A stretch of 64,000 nt of DNA from an uncultured Gammaproteobacteria bacterium (GTDB lineage: Bacteria; Patescibacteriota; Patescibacteriia; 2-12-FULL-60-25): assembly GCA_964567995.1 (NCBI GenBank), contig CAZMOB010000001.1, positions 120,591-184,590 of the forward strand, read 5' to 3'. Below the pieces are notes generated by a model. That model was given only the letters and a program-made list of their open reading frames with translations, searched no databases and was not told the origin of the DNA. A program made the position numbers and the translations under genes. Of this stretch, positions 63,073-64,000 are shown piece after piece (position 1 is the first letter of the stretch; the number at the start of each line of letters is the position of its first letter).

Positions 63073-64000
63073 CTAGCGAGTTTCGAACACAAGAAAGCAG
63101 TCATGCTCGTCCCATAGCGTGTCATACGCTGCACTTTTAAGTTCGCAAGCGTCGACCCCGTTATCACGAGTGTGTCTCAGTTCGGGGACAAACATCTCGT
63201 GAGATGAGCTGATAACTGAGCCTAATGCATAGATGTGATGGGTATGGTGTTTGTTAGAACGCCAGTATTTTGCTGCATAGGCAAGGAGCTCTTGGAGGGT
63301 AGCCGGACGCAATGCTTGTTTATGAATCAATTCCAGGGCTTCATCCGTCTCGATTCGGTCTGGATGATCAGGGCCACACTCTGCGATAAGGTCTTTGACG
63401 AAGATGAAGCGTCCGATGGGAGCAATTTCCGCACGCTGCTCTTTGCTCATGCTTTGGAGGATACTCTCCCGTAAAAGAGAGCTATTTAAGCGTCTCCCAA
63501 GTTTTGATAAATCCATTTCCGTTAAAGCGAAGTCCTGAAGGGGCCTTCCTTCTTGGTAATCGTGTCCGACATAACTTAGGTTAAAGGTCGTTCGTAGAGA
63601 GCTTGGAGACGGCAGAACGGTCCAGTCTGGGACTTCTGCATCCGAAAGGAAGAGCTCTCCAGGACTTATCTGATGCATTTGGCAATAGGCCAAAAGCTTC
63701 GTGTCGAGCGGACCGCCTTGGGTGAGTCTTTGGAGAGCGGCATAGCCTTCCATGATCTCATGAAGATCTTGCTGCCATTGGCCTTGATCGATGTCCGCTG
63801 GGTTCTGTTGCAATCGAGTACATTCACCTAACCAAGCTTCAAAATGAGCATACCGCTCTTTCGTCAACGTTCTCTTCTTAGAGACAGCTGAGTCTGGCTT
63901 GGGATTATAGAACGCTTCATACGTTCTGATCCGTACTTCCAGTTCATACAGAATCATCTGACGAATGTCTCGTCGTTGTTCGGCTGTATAGAAGTTTTCG
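63073..64000 (-). CDS. RFLVFRK-family paralog P5 (most divergent); N-terminus runs off the window
   Basis: The ORF track starts at M 63957, but the frame stays open to 64000. The upstream residues ..TAEQRRDIRQ align with the KERIRRR helix of the other copies. ALRPATLQELLAYAAKYW, IYALGSVIS, and the ending CFLVFETR. Confidence 0.8.
   Translation of the reverse strand, partial: ENFYTAEQRRDIRQMILYELEVRIRTYEAFYNPKPDSAVSKKRTLTKERYAHFEAWLGECTRLQQNPADIDQGQWQQDLHEIMEGYAALQRLTQGGPLDTKLLAYCQMHQISPGELFLSDAEVPDWTVLPSPSSLRTTFNLSYVGHDYQEGRPLQDFALTEMDLSKLGRRLNSSLLRESILQSMSKEQRAEIAPIGRFIFVKDLIAECGPDHPDRIETDEALELIHKQALRPATLQELLAYAAKYWRSNKHHTHHIYALGSVISSSHEMFVPELRHTRDNGVDACELKSAAYDTLWDEHDCFLVFETR

Overview
The window reads as one contiguous chromosomal segment of a small-genome, Patescibacteria/CPR-like bacterium. 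That assignment is an inference from gene content: compact housekeeping genes, DUF5671-like and pilin-like membrane proteins, and start codons mostly lacking Shine-Dalgarno (SD) sequences. GC is about 50% by eye; I computed nothing.

Backbone genes:
- Replication, translation and RNA: recQ, truB, gyrB, prmC, engB, L25, an ABC-F ATPase, and tRNA-Thr(CGU), tRNA-Gly(CCC), tRNA-Val(CAC) and tRNA-Gln(UUG).
- Cell division and wall: murE, FtsW/RodA, FtsB-like, ftsEX.
- A surface-glycan cluster: sugar-phosphate transferase, two tandem UXS-type epimerase/dehydratases, GT2, DUF2304, two GT4s and a large polytopic membrane protein.
- Other metabolism and proteolysis: malic enzyme, PepF, an S8 peptidase.
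- An ECF-sigma/anti-sigma unit followed by a MacAB-like tripartite exporter operon.
- An AlsS-type TPP enzyme that runs off the left edge and is therefore missing from the ORF track.

Four things stand out:
1. A head-to-tail array of at least five diverged paralogs of an unrecognised ~330-aa family lies at 58977 to beyond 64000. It starts right after tRNA-Gln. A sixth copy at 22072-23148 sits right before tRNA-Thr.
2. A low-GC islet downstream of tRNA-Val carries two heme-oxygenase-like (TenA/PqqC/HDO-fold) proteins plus a cupin. The first gene is interrupted by an in-frame TGA.
3. Five short GC-rich patches hold seven ORFs. Every one has a canonical AGGAG-type SD, in contrast to the SD-poor backbone, and three have textbook TTGAC(A/T) promoters.
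4. Two intergenic elements are closed by long perfect inverted repeats (19 bp and 15 bp). I could not assign them to a known RNA family.

I found no CRISPR array, integrase, transposase, reverse transcriptase or rRNA.
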